A DNA stretch of 64,000 nt from an uncultured delta proteobacterium (GTDB lineage Bacteria; Desulfobacterota; BSN033; UBA1163). Made by a program: the position numbers and the translations under genes. The stretch spans positions 1,056,001-1,120,000 of the forward strand of contig CAWHBU010000002.1 of NCBI GenBank assembly GCA_963827685.1. The letters run 5' to 3'. Positions 18,434 through 28,171 of this stretch are shown here, piece by piece (the stretch's first letter is position 1; every line of letters begins with the position of its first letter). The notes under the pieces are model-generated. The model had not been told where the DNA came from, searched no databases, and saw only the letters and a program-made list of their open reading frames with translations.

Positions 18434-19885
18434 TTACCGGCCAATATACTTTAGCGCATTCTCCCCAGCAATGCGCCCCGAGTTGAGTGCAAAACCGCTG
18501 CTAGCCCCGGACGCGATGACGTCATAGCTATCACCGTACAAGCCGCCCGCGTCATTGCCAACGGCATACAGGCCAGGTATCACCTTGTCGTTCCTGTCGA
18601 GGACTTCCGTCTTCTCATTGATCTTGATGCCGCCAAGCGTGCCCAGAAAGTTCATATAGCACTTGAAGGCATAGAACCTGGGGGTCTTGACCGGACGGAG
18701 ATACTCTGGATCTTTCGCAAACTGATCGTCGTGTCCTTTTTCACAGAACCTGTTGTACTCTTCTACGGTCTTTTTGAAAATAGCGCAGTCAATGCGCATT
18801 TTGTTCGCCAGTTCATCGAGGGTGTCGGCCACAAATATGAAGGGGCTCTTTTTCTCGACAGCAGCCTTAATCTTAGTATCCAGGTCCGTCAGAGGTGTTC
18901 TCGGCGGCACATACATGCCGACACCGATACCCCCGTTTTCTGCCAACTGGATCTTTGTTTCCTCATCGAATATCCTGAAGACATAGCCTCCCTTCTGCTT
19001 CGACATGGCGTTCCCGGCATAAGCGATGTTCTCGACGATCGTCTCGTCACAGAACCGGACTCCATCCTGGTTCACCCAGAGCGTGGGCTGACCCACGGCT
19101 CCCCAGATATGGCTGCGGGCTCCGATTTTGGGCGGCGAGCCGATGTTAAGGTGGATAACGCCGACCCCCTCCTCTGCAGCTCCCGCTTCCCAGGCCATCT
19201 GGATGCCCTCACCCGTTTTGTTGTATCTGCCTAAAGGGAAAAGGTTTACCTCAAGGTCGAAGCCCGAGTATTTCTTGATCCACTCCTTGTTGTTTGGGTA
19301 GCCGCCCGTGGCGATGATGACCACTTTAGCCTGCACCTTGATCTGTTTACCCGTTTTATCCTCGACAACAGCCCCCGTGACTGGTCCGTTTCCTTCACGC
19401 AGGAGATGCTTAACGGTAGTCTCGTACCGAACTTCGACGCCTTTCTTGACCGCATTGGCCACAAGGACGTTGATCGCGACTCCGCCCAACCCCTTGAACA
19501 GGTGCCATGTCCTGGGGCCTCCCAACAATACCCCTCTTGGCTCGGTGAATTCAACGCCCTGCTTCTCCAACCAGTCAATGGTGCTGGCTGATTTATCGAC
19601 GAAGGCCCGTACAAGAGCAGCATTAGCCTTCCAGTGACTGTATTCCATGATACCCCTAAAGGCTTCATCCCGCGTCACCTTGATGTTTGTCTTCCGTTGC
19701 ATATCGCTATCGGCTGCAAAGGTACCTTCCACGAATAGGAAGCTGCCTCCTGCAAACGGCATCTTCTCAAAGATAACAACCTTGGCTCCGCCCACAGCAA
19801 GGGTCAGGGCGGCTGCAAGACCCGAACCCCCGGCGCCCGCGACGATCACATCCTTCGTTTCTGGGAACAAATCCCGATTTTTCAT
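18434..19885 (-). CDS. FAD-dependent oxidoreductase (fumarate reductase flavoprotein-like family)
   Basis: GAGGSG FAD motif, IIATGGY, GTLGGIKIN, GLYAVGND, SGRIAG. Confidence 0.88.
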   Translation of the reverse strand: MKNRDLFPETKDVIVAGAGGSGLAAALTLAVGGAKVVIFEKMPFAGGSFLFVEGTFAADSDMQRKTNIKVTRDEAFRGIMEYSHWKANAALVRAFVDKSASTIDWLEKQGVEFTEPRGVLLGGPRTWHLFKGLGGVAINVLVANAVKKGVEVRYETTVKHLLREGNGPVTGAVVEDKTGKQIKVQAKVVIIATGGYPNNKEWIKKYSGFDLEVNLFPLGRYNKTGEGIQMAWEAGAAEEGVGVIHLNIGSPPKIGARSHIWGAVGQPTLWVNQDGVRFCDETIVENIAYAGNAMSKQKGGYVFRIFDEETKIQLAENGGIGVGMYVPPRTPLTDLDTKIKAAVEKKSPFIFVADTLDELANKMRIDCAIFKKTVEEYNRFCEKGHDDQFAKDPEYLRPVKTPRFYAFKCYMNFLGTLGGIKINEKTEVLDRNDKVIPGLYAVGNDAGGLYGDSYDVIASGASSGFALNSGRIAGENALKYIGR

Positions 19886-20062
19886 TTTACCCTTTTTCTA
19901 CTCTCCATTTCTTGGTTCATTTTAGACCCCTTGTTGTCATACACACCCCCATCTCTCTAATGGCGATCGTCCTGTCCTTATACCCGCAATGATGCCTACT
20001 GCGCACTAGCACCGCCATCCAGAATCACACCCGGCCATGCCGAGCAGATATTTCCCGGATAG

Positions 20063-20731
20063 TCACTCCATGACGCCCAATCCTCTTAAGATAAAGTCAA
20101 CTGACGAATCGACATTCTTCCTTGTCGGTCTATCCCTCAAGGTCCAACCCCTCAAAGACAGAAAGACCACGAGGTAAGCAATCAAACTTGCCAAAAAATC
20201 TAAATCACCTTTAACTGATTTTGGTTTCTTTATCTCCCTCAATAAGGTGCGCCAGAAGCCAATCACATTGTTGTAATCCATTTCCAGAACGATCCGTAAG
20301 TGCTTCTTGTCCAGATACTTGCTTTCTGTATAAATAAATTGGATTAGTTTTCTATTTTCAATGATAAATTGTAAGTTACAATGGAGAGCCTTAATCAACT
20401 TTTGCAGGGGATCTTCGATTTGTTCCAAGTTAGACTTTTTTAAGTATTCGTACCAGACCTTCTGCATGTGTCTATGTACCAAATACAACACGTCATCTTT
20501 CGAAGAGATATAATGATAGAGCTGCCCCATGGACATGCCGCAAGATTTTGCTATCTCGCGGATAGTCGTCGGATGGTATCCCTTTCTGAAAAATGTTCTA
20601 CAGGCCCCGTCCACGATTTGCCGATGCTTACTTTCAACCAGTGGAACATTCTTAGTAGAAACCCTAATCAGATGATTCGGAAAAACCTCACTCTGATTTG
20701 CAGTAGTTGATTCCTTCTTAGTGCTCGTCAT
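20063..20731 (-). CDS. TetR/AcrR family regulator
   Basis: KGYHPTTIREIA...GMSMGQLYHYISSKDD HTH. Confidence 0.9.
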   Translation of the reverse strand: MTSTKKESTTANQSEVFPNHLIRVSTKNVPLVESKHRQIVDGACRTFFRKGYHPTTIREIAKSCGMSMGQLYHYISSKDDVLYLVHRHMQKVWYEYLKKSNLEQIEDPLQKLIKALHCNLQFIIENRKLIQFIYTESKYLDKKHLRIVLEMDYNNVIGFWRTLLREIKKPKSVKGDLDFLASLIAYLVVFLSLRGWTLRDRPTRKNVDSSVDFILRGLGVME

Positions 20732-21070
20732 GGTCCCCTAAATGCGTCGCAAAATAAATATAGAGCAAGCGCTCGATTTACCTTCTATCTAAAACAAAAT
20801 ATTTTGTCAAGTATTTTCTTACCGCGACTACAAAAAATTTGGAAAGGCTATATTTCCATATAGTTATATGCCGAAAGGAGAGGTCAGTCTGACATTGTCC
20901 TGCCAAGGCAAGTTTCTCGTTTCAATGAAGAGAGGGGGATGAATCACCTAAAATTTTTTTATGTAGACGCCGCCTGATAATATCCGATTTGTCCCAGGTA
21001 AAAATGTCCGCTTGGGCCTAAGGGCAGAGAACTCTTCGTTGAGATAAGGAAGTCTCAAAGCGGGTTCAAA

Positions 21071-21260
21071 CTCATATCCGCAGTGTCCGGGGTGAAGCTC
21101 TTGATCGAGCTTCCGGAGAGGAAGCGTCGTTTATATTGTGTCCCTTCCAGGACCACAGGCCAGCCAAATCCCTGCACCGCTACCAAATTTCTTTTTTCCT
21201 GGTTTGTATGTAAAACCCCTGCCCCTAAACTTCGGGCGATTTTCATCCGAGACGTTCTTA
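21071..21260 (+). repeat. tRNA-Met 3' half (attR-like) interrupted in the T-loop by a 71-nt element, copy C
   Basis: 21071-21093 matches tRNA 5265-5287; insert 21094-21164; 21165-21196 matches the tRNA end plus its downstream AATTTCTTTTT. Confidence 0.9.
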
Positions 21261-21775
21261 TGGCCCCTTTCCTTTCTTCTTTTCATAAGCACTTGCAACT
21301 ACTTTTATCCCGTTGAGATATGGCACTATTGACAAGCCCAAGGAACCACTGGCTCGCCTTTGCTCCCATGAGCATGAGTACCTCCAAATCAATGGATCTA
21401 TAAACGCCTGAATGACGATTCCCCCCTTGAAACACGCTCCGCTAAGGGAACCCCCCATCAGATACGTGAGTGCCTTCGTTTATCTCTGCCTCCTCCCGTA
21501 AAGGAAGGGGCACTCGCGTTCTCTCTTCGCGCCCTTCCCCCTATCAGCGTCTTTATCTCTTTGAATTTGTCCAACACCACCTTGCTCCCTCTGCTTCAAT
21601 CAGGGCTAAAATTCTGATCTCACCTTACCTTTACTTCTCCCTTACCTCTTATCCAAACTCACCATTGACAGCTCCCCTACAAGCATGTACAGTACTTCCT
21701 GAAGTAAATTTTGAGAGCTTGGTACAAAAGGTGTAGACTTCAACTAGAAATCGTTTTGGAAGGGAGACGACCCAC

Positions 21776-22285
21776 ATGAAATCATTGTCGGTTAAGTTGG
21801 GAGTTGTCCTCGTAGTTATCGGATTCCCTATTCTCTGCTATGGGGCGAACATGATCGCGAGGATCGGGGAATACCATCTTGGTCAAGACATCAAAACTGT
21901 TCGCGGTTTGGTAGAGTTTACGCCCGAAGAGTACGCGGCCCTATGGTCGTTTCAAGGCGGGGTTGGTTTGCCAGGTGAACAGGTTTTCAATGCTCCGAAA
22001 GTAACCTTCAATCGGCATCTCTGGGATCTGGTTGTCGGCACCCTTAACGGGAGGATCTATAAATTGGCACTTCAGTACATCAGTAGCGACCGAGCGGAAG
22101 CCCGCAGCATATTTGAGGAAACGTTGAAGTTTGTTAAGTCACAGATGGGCGCACCCGCAGAACAAACAAAGACACCCAAGCGGTACCTATGGGACTCCAC
22201 GGATGGGAACGTGGTCCTAGCTGAGCGGGAGGCGATGGCCTCCTGGTGTATAAACCTCTTACTTACATCACGTGCTGTCAAATAG
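21776..22285 (+). CDS. Hypothetical exported protein
   Basis: GGGAG RBS, signal-like N-terminus, TTGACA-17-TACAGT promoter at 21665-21693. Confidence 0.6.
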   Translation: MKSLSVKLGVVLVVIGFPILCYGANMIARIGEYHLGQDIKTVRGLVEFTPEEYAALWSFQGGVGLPGEQVFNAPKVTFNRHLWDLVVGTLNGRIYKLALQYISSDRAEARSIFEETLKFVKSQMGAPAEQTKTPKRYLWDSTDGNVVLAEREAMASWCINLLLTSRAVK

Positions 22286-22365
22286 TTAAATTCCAGAAAC
22301 AGCAACAATATGTGGATGAAAGGCACACCGCAAACGGTGTAAAGCTACAGAACCAGGAGGATAAT

Positions 22366-22602
22366 ATGAGAAATTCGTTTGAACTCCTATTTCTTAAACC
22401 CCCAAAGGGAGCGCTTGCTGGCCCACCGATTGCTTACATATATGTTAAGACACATACGAGCGATGAAAAAGGGAACCATATTTTTATAACACGTCGTTGT
22501 GATTCTTCTTGGGAACTGGGCCTGGAGATCAATCGCCTTAAACATGAACTCGATGTTATAAGAAAAAAAGCTAAACAGAAATTTGCGAAAGCTGACAAAT
22601 GA
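22366..22602 (+). CDS. Small hypothetical protein
   Basis: AGGAGG RBS before ATG 22366 (the track start at 22246 is probably too early). Confidence 0.55.
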   Translation: MRNSFELLFLKPPKGALAGPPIAYIYVKTHTSDEKGNHIFITRRCDSSWELGLEINRLKHELDVIRKKAKQKFAKADK

Positions 22603-22931
22603 TACTCCATCGACTGCGGCTAACATAGCACAAAAAACCTCCATCGAAACCCTAACGCGCTTCTTTTTGTGCAACACATGATATCCCTATTTCTACTCCT
22701 AATCCTTAACTTTCTTTTTTTATGAAATCTCTTAGTTGTAAGTATAACATTTTTTTTCGCCTATAGTATTGCTAGGCCCCCGTGTTACCTAAACGGGGGC
22801 TACTCTGCTCTTCCTTTTTCTCTAAAATTCCTCATTGCTGCATTCCAACAAAAGGTTTATGATTTATTTCGGAATGTTTAAGAGACCTTTAACATAATTC
22901 AGCAGAAGAATAGTGGGGAGCATAAACTCTC

Positions 22932-23798
22932 ATGAACCAGGTCAAACCAAAACCCATGCCTAAGCGCGAAGAAGAAAATGCTATATTCAAAGCTTTCCTC
23001 CAAGAGAGACCTGGATTTGCAGGCGAACCCCTCAAAAAATGGGAACAGCCGAAGGACGAGAAGGAATTCCCTGATGTCAAGTGCATTACAATAACTGGAC
23101 GAAGAATCGGAGTAGAATTGTCCAAATGGCTCAATGAGGCGCAGGTTCGCGACGCAAAAAAGATCGAACGAATTCACGGCTCTATTCGTTCAGCGGTGGG
23201 TTACCAAGGTGATAACACGACAAAGAACATCTATTACCTGCTTTTATCCCCGAAATCAAATGCGTGTGTCAAGCCAAATGATGAGGATCCATTGCGTAAA
23301 GAATTGTTCCGCTGTATCGAGGAAGTAGATGCCCGCTGGCTAAGCGAACCCTTATGGCATAACCCACCAGGTTACCGCGCCACATCTGATAAATTGTCAA
23401 TCTTCCCTATACTGCAAAAGTATCTTGATTCAATATTGTTCGTTCCGCGGAAGAGGCATACAGGGTGGCCGAATATACGGCTTGTCGAAGAGACATGGCC
23501 GCATGGACAAAACTGGATTCTCTTTCGAAATCGTAGCGGTTCCTACTCCGTTGACGACATGCTCCAACCCCTCATTGACTCGATAGCTCGAAAAAAGAAG
23601 CGGTACAGCCGTATCGGAACCGGGTTTGACAGTCTCTATCTCATCGTTTATTACAACAACTTAGCGGCAATTTGCAACACCCCAATCGAAACACCAGACT
23701 CCGAAAGTCTTAAGTTGCATTTTATTGAACATGGCCCTCAGCCCTTTAAGCAAATATTTATTTTTGTTGCTCCTGGTTCGGTCTTGACAGTTGTATAG
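22932..23798 (+). CDS. Hypothetical protein with a possible PD-(D/E)xK nuclease-like motif
   Basis: FPDV...IGVELSKW; 288-aa ORF with RBS. Confidence 0.55.
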   Translation: MNQVKPKPMPKREEENAIFKAFLQERPGFAGEPLKKWEQPKDEKEFPDVKCITITGRRIGVELSKWLNEAQVRDAKKIERIHGSIRSAVGYQGDNTTKNIYYLLLSPKSNACVKPNDEDPLRKELFRCIEEVDARWLSEPLWHNPPGYRATSDKLSIFPILQKYLDSILFVPRKRHTGWPNIRLVEETWPHGQNWILFRNRSGSYSVDDMLQPLIDSIARKKKRYSRIGTGFDSLYLIVYYNNLAAICNTPIETPDSESLKLHFIEHGPQPFKQIFIFVAPGSVLTVV

Positions 23799-24260
23799 TG
23801 AAGAATTTCCATAGATATATTCCTCACTACTTGGGTACTATAATTTAGTGGACACTTCCCAGTGCCCAGCTTCGTCACTTTTGGGGAGCCAGACATTCCA
23901 CCTCAAACCCAATGCCCCATCATCTCTTCGACATCAACAACAAGGTAGTCAAGTTAAGAAGGAAGAGCAAGTCTGAGTGTATATACCAGGACGAGTGAGT
24001 TTGATCTCTCTCTTAAGAGGAAAGTAGTTTTTGACTCCGGGAACTCACGGCCTACCGGGTGATCTTGAATCATCTCCCTCGTTCGGAGGAATGATCGTTC
24101 CGACTGCTGGGAGCGTTAGCATCCGGCGGCGTCGGTCCGCTCTTCCCTCCGCCGCCCGCCCGTGCCTTTTGATCTGTGTGCCGGTGGGGACACCCTCTCC
24201 CCACAGATACACTTTTTACCTGGTCAATTCTCGCTCTCACGAGTCAAAGGAGTTAAGCTT

Positions 24261-24310
24261 CACCGGCTCTCATGTCGGTAACACGGGTTCGAACCCCGTT
24301 GGGACCACCA
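24261..24310 (+). pseudogene. tRNA-Glu(CTC)-like 3' fragment (att scar)
   Basis: CCGGC-TCTCAT-GTCGG anticodon arm with a 6-nt loop, GGGTTCGAACCC T-arm, GGGACCACCA end; no 5' half. Confidence 0.7.
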
Positions 24311-24420
24311 ATTATGCAGCCAAAAGCTCAGATTAGGGCTTTTTCTACGGTAGAATTTTTTCTTATTTAGGTAAAATCAGCGAACAGTAACAATGCAAGA
24401 CCTGGCCCCCCAGATCCCCC

Positions 24421-25116
24421 TTAAACTGGTGAGTACCATTTTCGCTCCGACATTTTTCGCAGTTTTTCTGCGGCAGGCGTATTATATAAAAACTCCACAC
24501 TCAGTGACACATCTGCAAGAAGCTGTATCGTAATAAGCTCTCCTCTAGTTGGATTTTCAACAATTGTGACAACTTGACGTTGCGTAATTTGTTGGGGACC
24601 ACCTTCTTCCGGTAAGGGGGACTGACCAGTTGTGAGAACTTGACGTTGCGTAATTTGTTGGGGACCACCTTCTTCCGGTAAGAGGGACTGACCAGTAACA
24701 GAAGGTGATGGTGCTGGGTTCACCGGAGTGGCTGCTTCACGTAGATTAGTTTTCTGCTTTGACCGTTCCATAATTAAAGAATCAATATAATTTGCTTTCG
24801 AGTAAAATGCACTAATCACATCTATCTCTGTTTCTGTTAAATCTTTAACAAAAAAATGTATATTGTTGTTCCAGCTATTTGTTGGTAATAGCTTGGATGC
24901 CAAGGAATAAGTCTGAGCATTTCTAAAGTTCCTAATTTGCTGTTCCGCATATCTAATTTCTTGCAATATTAATCTAGCAGCATCTCTCTTTCTGTCCTTC
25001 TTCTGCCTAAGGTAAATATAAATAGCTGAAAAACCTACAACAAACGTCACTAATCCTAAATTATCATTTAAGAATTTTAAAATCATCTTGATCCAAGTCA
25101 TACCAATTATTTCCAA
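24421..25116 (-). CDS. Membrane-anchored hypothetical protein with an internal 22-aa duplication
   Basis: N-terminal TM helix; overlaps the stop of the upstream protease gene. Confidence 0.7.
   Translation of the reverse strand: MEIIGMTWIKMILKFLNDNLGLVTFVVGFSAIYIYLRQKKDRKRDAARLILQEIRYAEQQIRNFRNAQTYSLASKLLPTNSWNNNIHFFVKDLTETEIDVISAFYSKANYIDSLIMERSKQKTNLREAATPVNPAPSPSVTGQSLLPEEGGPQQITQRQVLTTGQSPLPEEGGPQQITQRQVVTIVENPTRGELITIQLLADVSLSVEFLYNTPAAEKLRKMSERKWYSPV
24565..24696. repeat. 66-bp tandem duplication, in frame
   Basis: 24565-24630 versus 24631-24696, near identical. Confidence 0.9.
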
Positions 25117-26132
25117 CCTTGACCAATAATCCTAAACGCTACCTGTTCCTGTGGAACTTGAACCGGTCCATGTGGTGTCTGTTGCACCACATTCACTTGC
25201 TGTTTCCGATATTCAGCAGAAATCTCATAAAAATTTGACATTTGTCCACTTTCAATAAAAGCGATTTTGTAATCCTTCACAGTTAGTACTGCATTTGACC
25301 CGATTTCGTTTTGCGGATTCCAAATTTTTCCGAATTCTAATTCTTTGTTGTATTCCTCATATAGGTCAGTCATTCCTTTTGAAAGAACGTCATTCGCGTC
25401 CACAACCGTTTCGACACCTAAATCTTCTTTTGCTTCTTTCCTTCCGATGTAATACTGATGGGAATACAGCCTTTCAGTAAAATAATCAACGATCTTCACA
25501 ATTTCATCTTCCTTGAGTTGTATTTTGTGGCTCTTAAGGAGTCGTTTCGCGAGGATACGGATAAGGTTGTGAATACGATTTACGTTTCCAAGTGATAATG
25601 GATGGATTTGTGGGTTGGATTCAATAAATTTTGCGAATATATGTGAAAGCTCTTCATCGCCTTTAATTCCAAATTTATTTTTTGCTAAGTCGAAATATGC
25701 CATCACGTCTTCGACACTTATTGGAATTCTATTTTGCGGATTCGTGGGATCAGGAGGGTTAAATACATTAGCGGCTGCAGGATCAATGGGTGAAAGCTCA
25801 GATAGGTTGCTCATCACAATTTCGTCGGCACCAAGTGCAATCATGCTTGCAGCACTGTGGGCTTTGTAAGGAACTAGCACCGAGAACTTGTCGCAATAAT
25901 CACGGATCATCGAGACCAGTCTCCACGGGACCATTGTGTCCCCTCCCGCACTATAGAGTAAGAAATCGATATTTTTTGTTTTCCCGATAGTCTGGAGCTG
26001 CTTGTTTATTAGAGGTATCACGTCCATTGCAATCCGTGCGCTAAGTGGCCCCTGTCGATCACTTGTCAAGTAGGTGATTATTCGTGACTGCCGTAAGCCT
26101 TCAATTTGTTGTATTAGTTGTTTTCTATCCAT
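25107..26132 (-). CDS. SDH family Clp-fold serine proteinase (DUF114-like)
   Basis: LLYSAGGD, AHSAASMIALGADEIVM, ELSPIDP, SHQY. Confidence 0.82.
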   Translation of the reverse strand: MDRKQLIQQIEGLRQSRIITYLTSDRQGPLSARIAMDVIPLINKQLQTIGKTKNIDFLLYSAGGDTMVPWRLVSMIRDYCDKFSVLVPYKAHSAASMIALGADEIVMSNLSELSPIDPAAANVFNPPDPTNPQNRIPISVEDVMAYFDLAKNKFGIKGDEELSHIFAKFIESNPQIHPLSLGNVNRIHNLIRILAKRLLKSHKIQLKEDEIVKIVDYFTERLYSHQYYIGRKEAKEDLGVETVVDANDVLSKGMTDLYEEYNKELEFGKIWNPQNEIGSNAVLTVKDYKIAFIESGQMSNFYEISAEYRKQQVNVVQQTPHGPVQVPQEQVAFRIIGQGWK

Positions 26133-26448
26133 CTTTCCTCCTTTTTACTTATCTCCCGCTTTTTCAATGATAAAAACTTGCTTTGCCCTGAGTTAAATAT
26201 ATGAAAAACAACGGTAATATGTCAAGAAAAATTGCCGCCCATGATTACCAATTTAAATCAAGTATGTTTCCCTAAAATGGTAGGCTCCGAACTTCAGCAA
26301 GAAGTCAACACTCAACTGGAACCAAATACCCCTCCATAGCCCACTCTCAACCTTACCAAACCAATATCGAATATGTAATAACCCCCACCCATGTACCTTT
26401 GGATAGCATCCTCTAAACTTTCTAGCCCTCACCCCTTCTGGGCGAGGT

Positions 26449-26570
26449 TGTTGATTAAGTCGAATGACCATTTTATTCTCTTCCCTTTCTCCTTCGACTA
26501 ACTCCGCCTCCCCTCATTATCAACTTGTGTTAGAACCTACATCCCCTGATTTCCCTATTTCGTGCGCCCC
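26449..26570. repeat. Diverged ~120-bp direct repeat, also at 31330-31451
   Basis: Shared TTGTTGATTAAGT.GAAT.ACC...ACTCCGCCTC...TTAGAACCT.CATCCCCT...CGCCC. Confidence 0.7.
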
Positions 26571-26711
26571 GCCCTTGCCTTTTGATCTATATGCTTGTAG
26601 GGACATCCTCTGCCCAGGACTAGATTTCTTTCCTAGTCAATTCTCGCCTTCACCTACTTATCTTCCCATCAGGTGAGTAAAGTTTACTGAAGATTTACGA
26701 TTGAAATAAAC

Positions 26712-26746
26712 AAACAAGGCAGAGCCGAATTGGCCCTGCCTTGTTT
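26712..26746. terminator. Bidirectional terminator-like hairpin
   Basis: AAACAAGGCAG...CTGCCTTGTTT. Confidence 0.6.
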
Positions 26747-27408
26747 TCAGAAAATGGAAGACTACTAACCTATTTTTTCTCTTCCAAAAATCAAGATAAT
26801 TCTCTCTGCAGTGTTTGCTACCCTCAAAGCCCAAGCTTTCCCAATTCTTTGTTTGAGCCAATAATAGAGGGATAGGTTTTTGTTAATCAGGAAATTCCTC
26901 ATTCATATCTCCGCTGAATAATGAATACAAATTACTTTCTAACTTTCTGAGACAAAACCTAAAAAAAATAGTATAGACCATTTCTGTTTCTACCCTATTC
27001 AAAGAAATTTAAGCAGGAATTTACGTTTTTAATTTCCTCCTGAGTCCGACGAGGCTAAGCAGACCAGAGCCCAGATGGCTATAAATACAAAAAATCGGTC
27101 TTTTGTCAAGCGAAAAATAGATTTATGAAAATTATCTTTTGTAGTGAGTCTTAGGAGAGGTATTGGTATAGGTTGAGACAAAGATTATTGATTTCAATTT
27201 GAAAGGCTATACCGTGGGACAAGAATGAACAATCAATGTTTCAGGAAGGAAGAGTTAGAAAAAGCGATTGTTTCTCCCACTTCCAAAGTTCCACTCTAAG
27301 GTGGCACTGGAAGGTAACGAATATTGATAAAAATGTGCAGATTTCGCAACTTCTTTTCTGAGGTGACTACAAAATTGTAAAGAAAAAATACTGCATTTGC
27401 ATTAAAGC

Positions 27409-27810
27409 CTATTTACAGGGGCCGATGCGTTTGCCTTTCATCGTGCTCTTCATCGTCATAGTTTGTCCGCCGGTCTTCACGGTCGTTTCGATAACGCCGT
27501 CCATGGTGGTACCTGCATAAGTAACTTTACCCGTACTCGTACTCATTCCCTCCCTGCAGACCACTGTCCACGTGACAGTGTTGCCCTGGGTCTTCATGTC
27601 CTTGATCGTGCATCCCGACTGAGCCGTTTGAGGCACAGCTTTTTCCTTGGTTAAACAGGTAGTGTGGGTGAAGGATTTTGCAGGCATGCCAGGCATATCG
27701 ACCGTGCTTGTAATCTCCCAGAGACCATCCTCCATGTTCGGTGCTGCAAATGAAATCCCTGTAAAAAAGACGAACACTACTGCAACGATGATCCAGATGC
27801 TTCTCTTCAT
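27409..27810 (-). CDS. DUF3617 family exported protein
   Basis: GLWEITS, C..C..C pattern, GKRIGPC C-terminus. Confidence 0.8.
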   Translation of the reverse strand: MKRSIWIIVAVVFVFFTGISFAAPNMEDGLWEITSTVDMPGMPAKSFTHTTCLTKEKAVPQTAQSGCTIKDMKTQGNTVTWTVVCREGMSTSTGKVTYAGTTMDGVIETTVKTGGQTMTMKSTMKGKRIGPCK

Positions 27811-27908
27811 AGCGCACTCCTTTTGATAAGAATTGGCTTTTAGGATGAATTAACAATATAAAAGAAGGGAGTTCTATGTCAAGAATAAAAATATCTCCGA
27901 TGATTACC

Positions 27909-28144
27909 AGTCAAGTATGAGGAAGTCTATCTTCATGATTACTCCATGGTCTCGGAGGCACGGAACGGCCTGGCAAGGCATTTTCTTTTTTACAACGGGG
28001 AGAGGCTGCATACCTCTTTGGGAAATCGAACTCCTTAATGAGGTCTATTTCAAGCAACCGATCCCTCTAAATCCGGGGCAGGCTTCTCAAACCATGCACC
28101 AAATACAACCCACTTTTTTGTCTTGACAATGGGGAGGGGTTCAT
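27909..28144 (+). mobile_element. IS3-family remnant (transposase C-terminus plus right IR)
   Basis: Frameshifted VKYEEVYLHDY..VSEAR.GLAR.F.FYN..LHTSLG.RTP; ends TGTCTTGACAATGGGG...TCA. Confidence 0.7.
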
Positions 28145-28171
28145 AATACATTCTCAATAAGGAGGAGTAAG

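Noticed and set aside
21060-21070. GTTCAAA (T-loop-like) inserted in the anticodon stem of repeat copy C
   Set aside because: It rests on a 4-nt upstream match and could be coincidence.
21071-21185. Intron-containing functional tRNA
   Set aside because: The 5' half (acceptor and D arm) is missing, and 71 nt is too short for a self-splicing group I or II intron.
6959-21260. CRISPR array
   Set aside because: The repeats are long, tRNA-derived and kilobases apart; no cas genes.
23865-23891. Further tRNA 3'-end scar (..TTCG..GGGGAGCCA)
   Set aside because: Too short and degenerate to distinguish from chance by eye.
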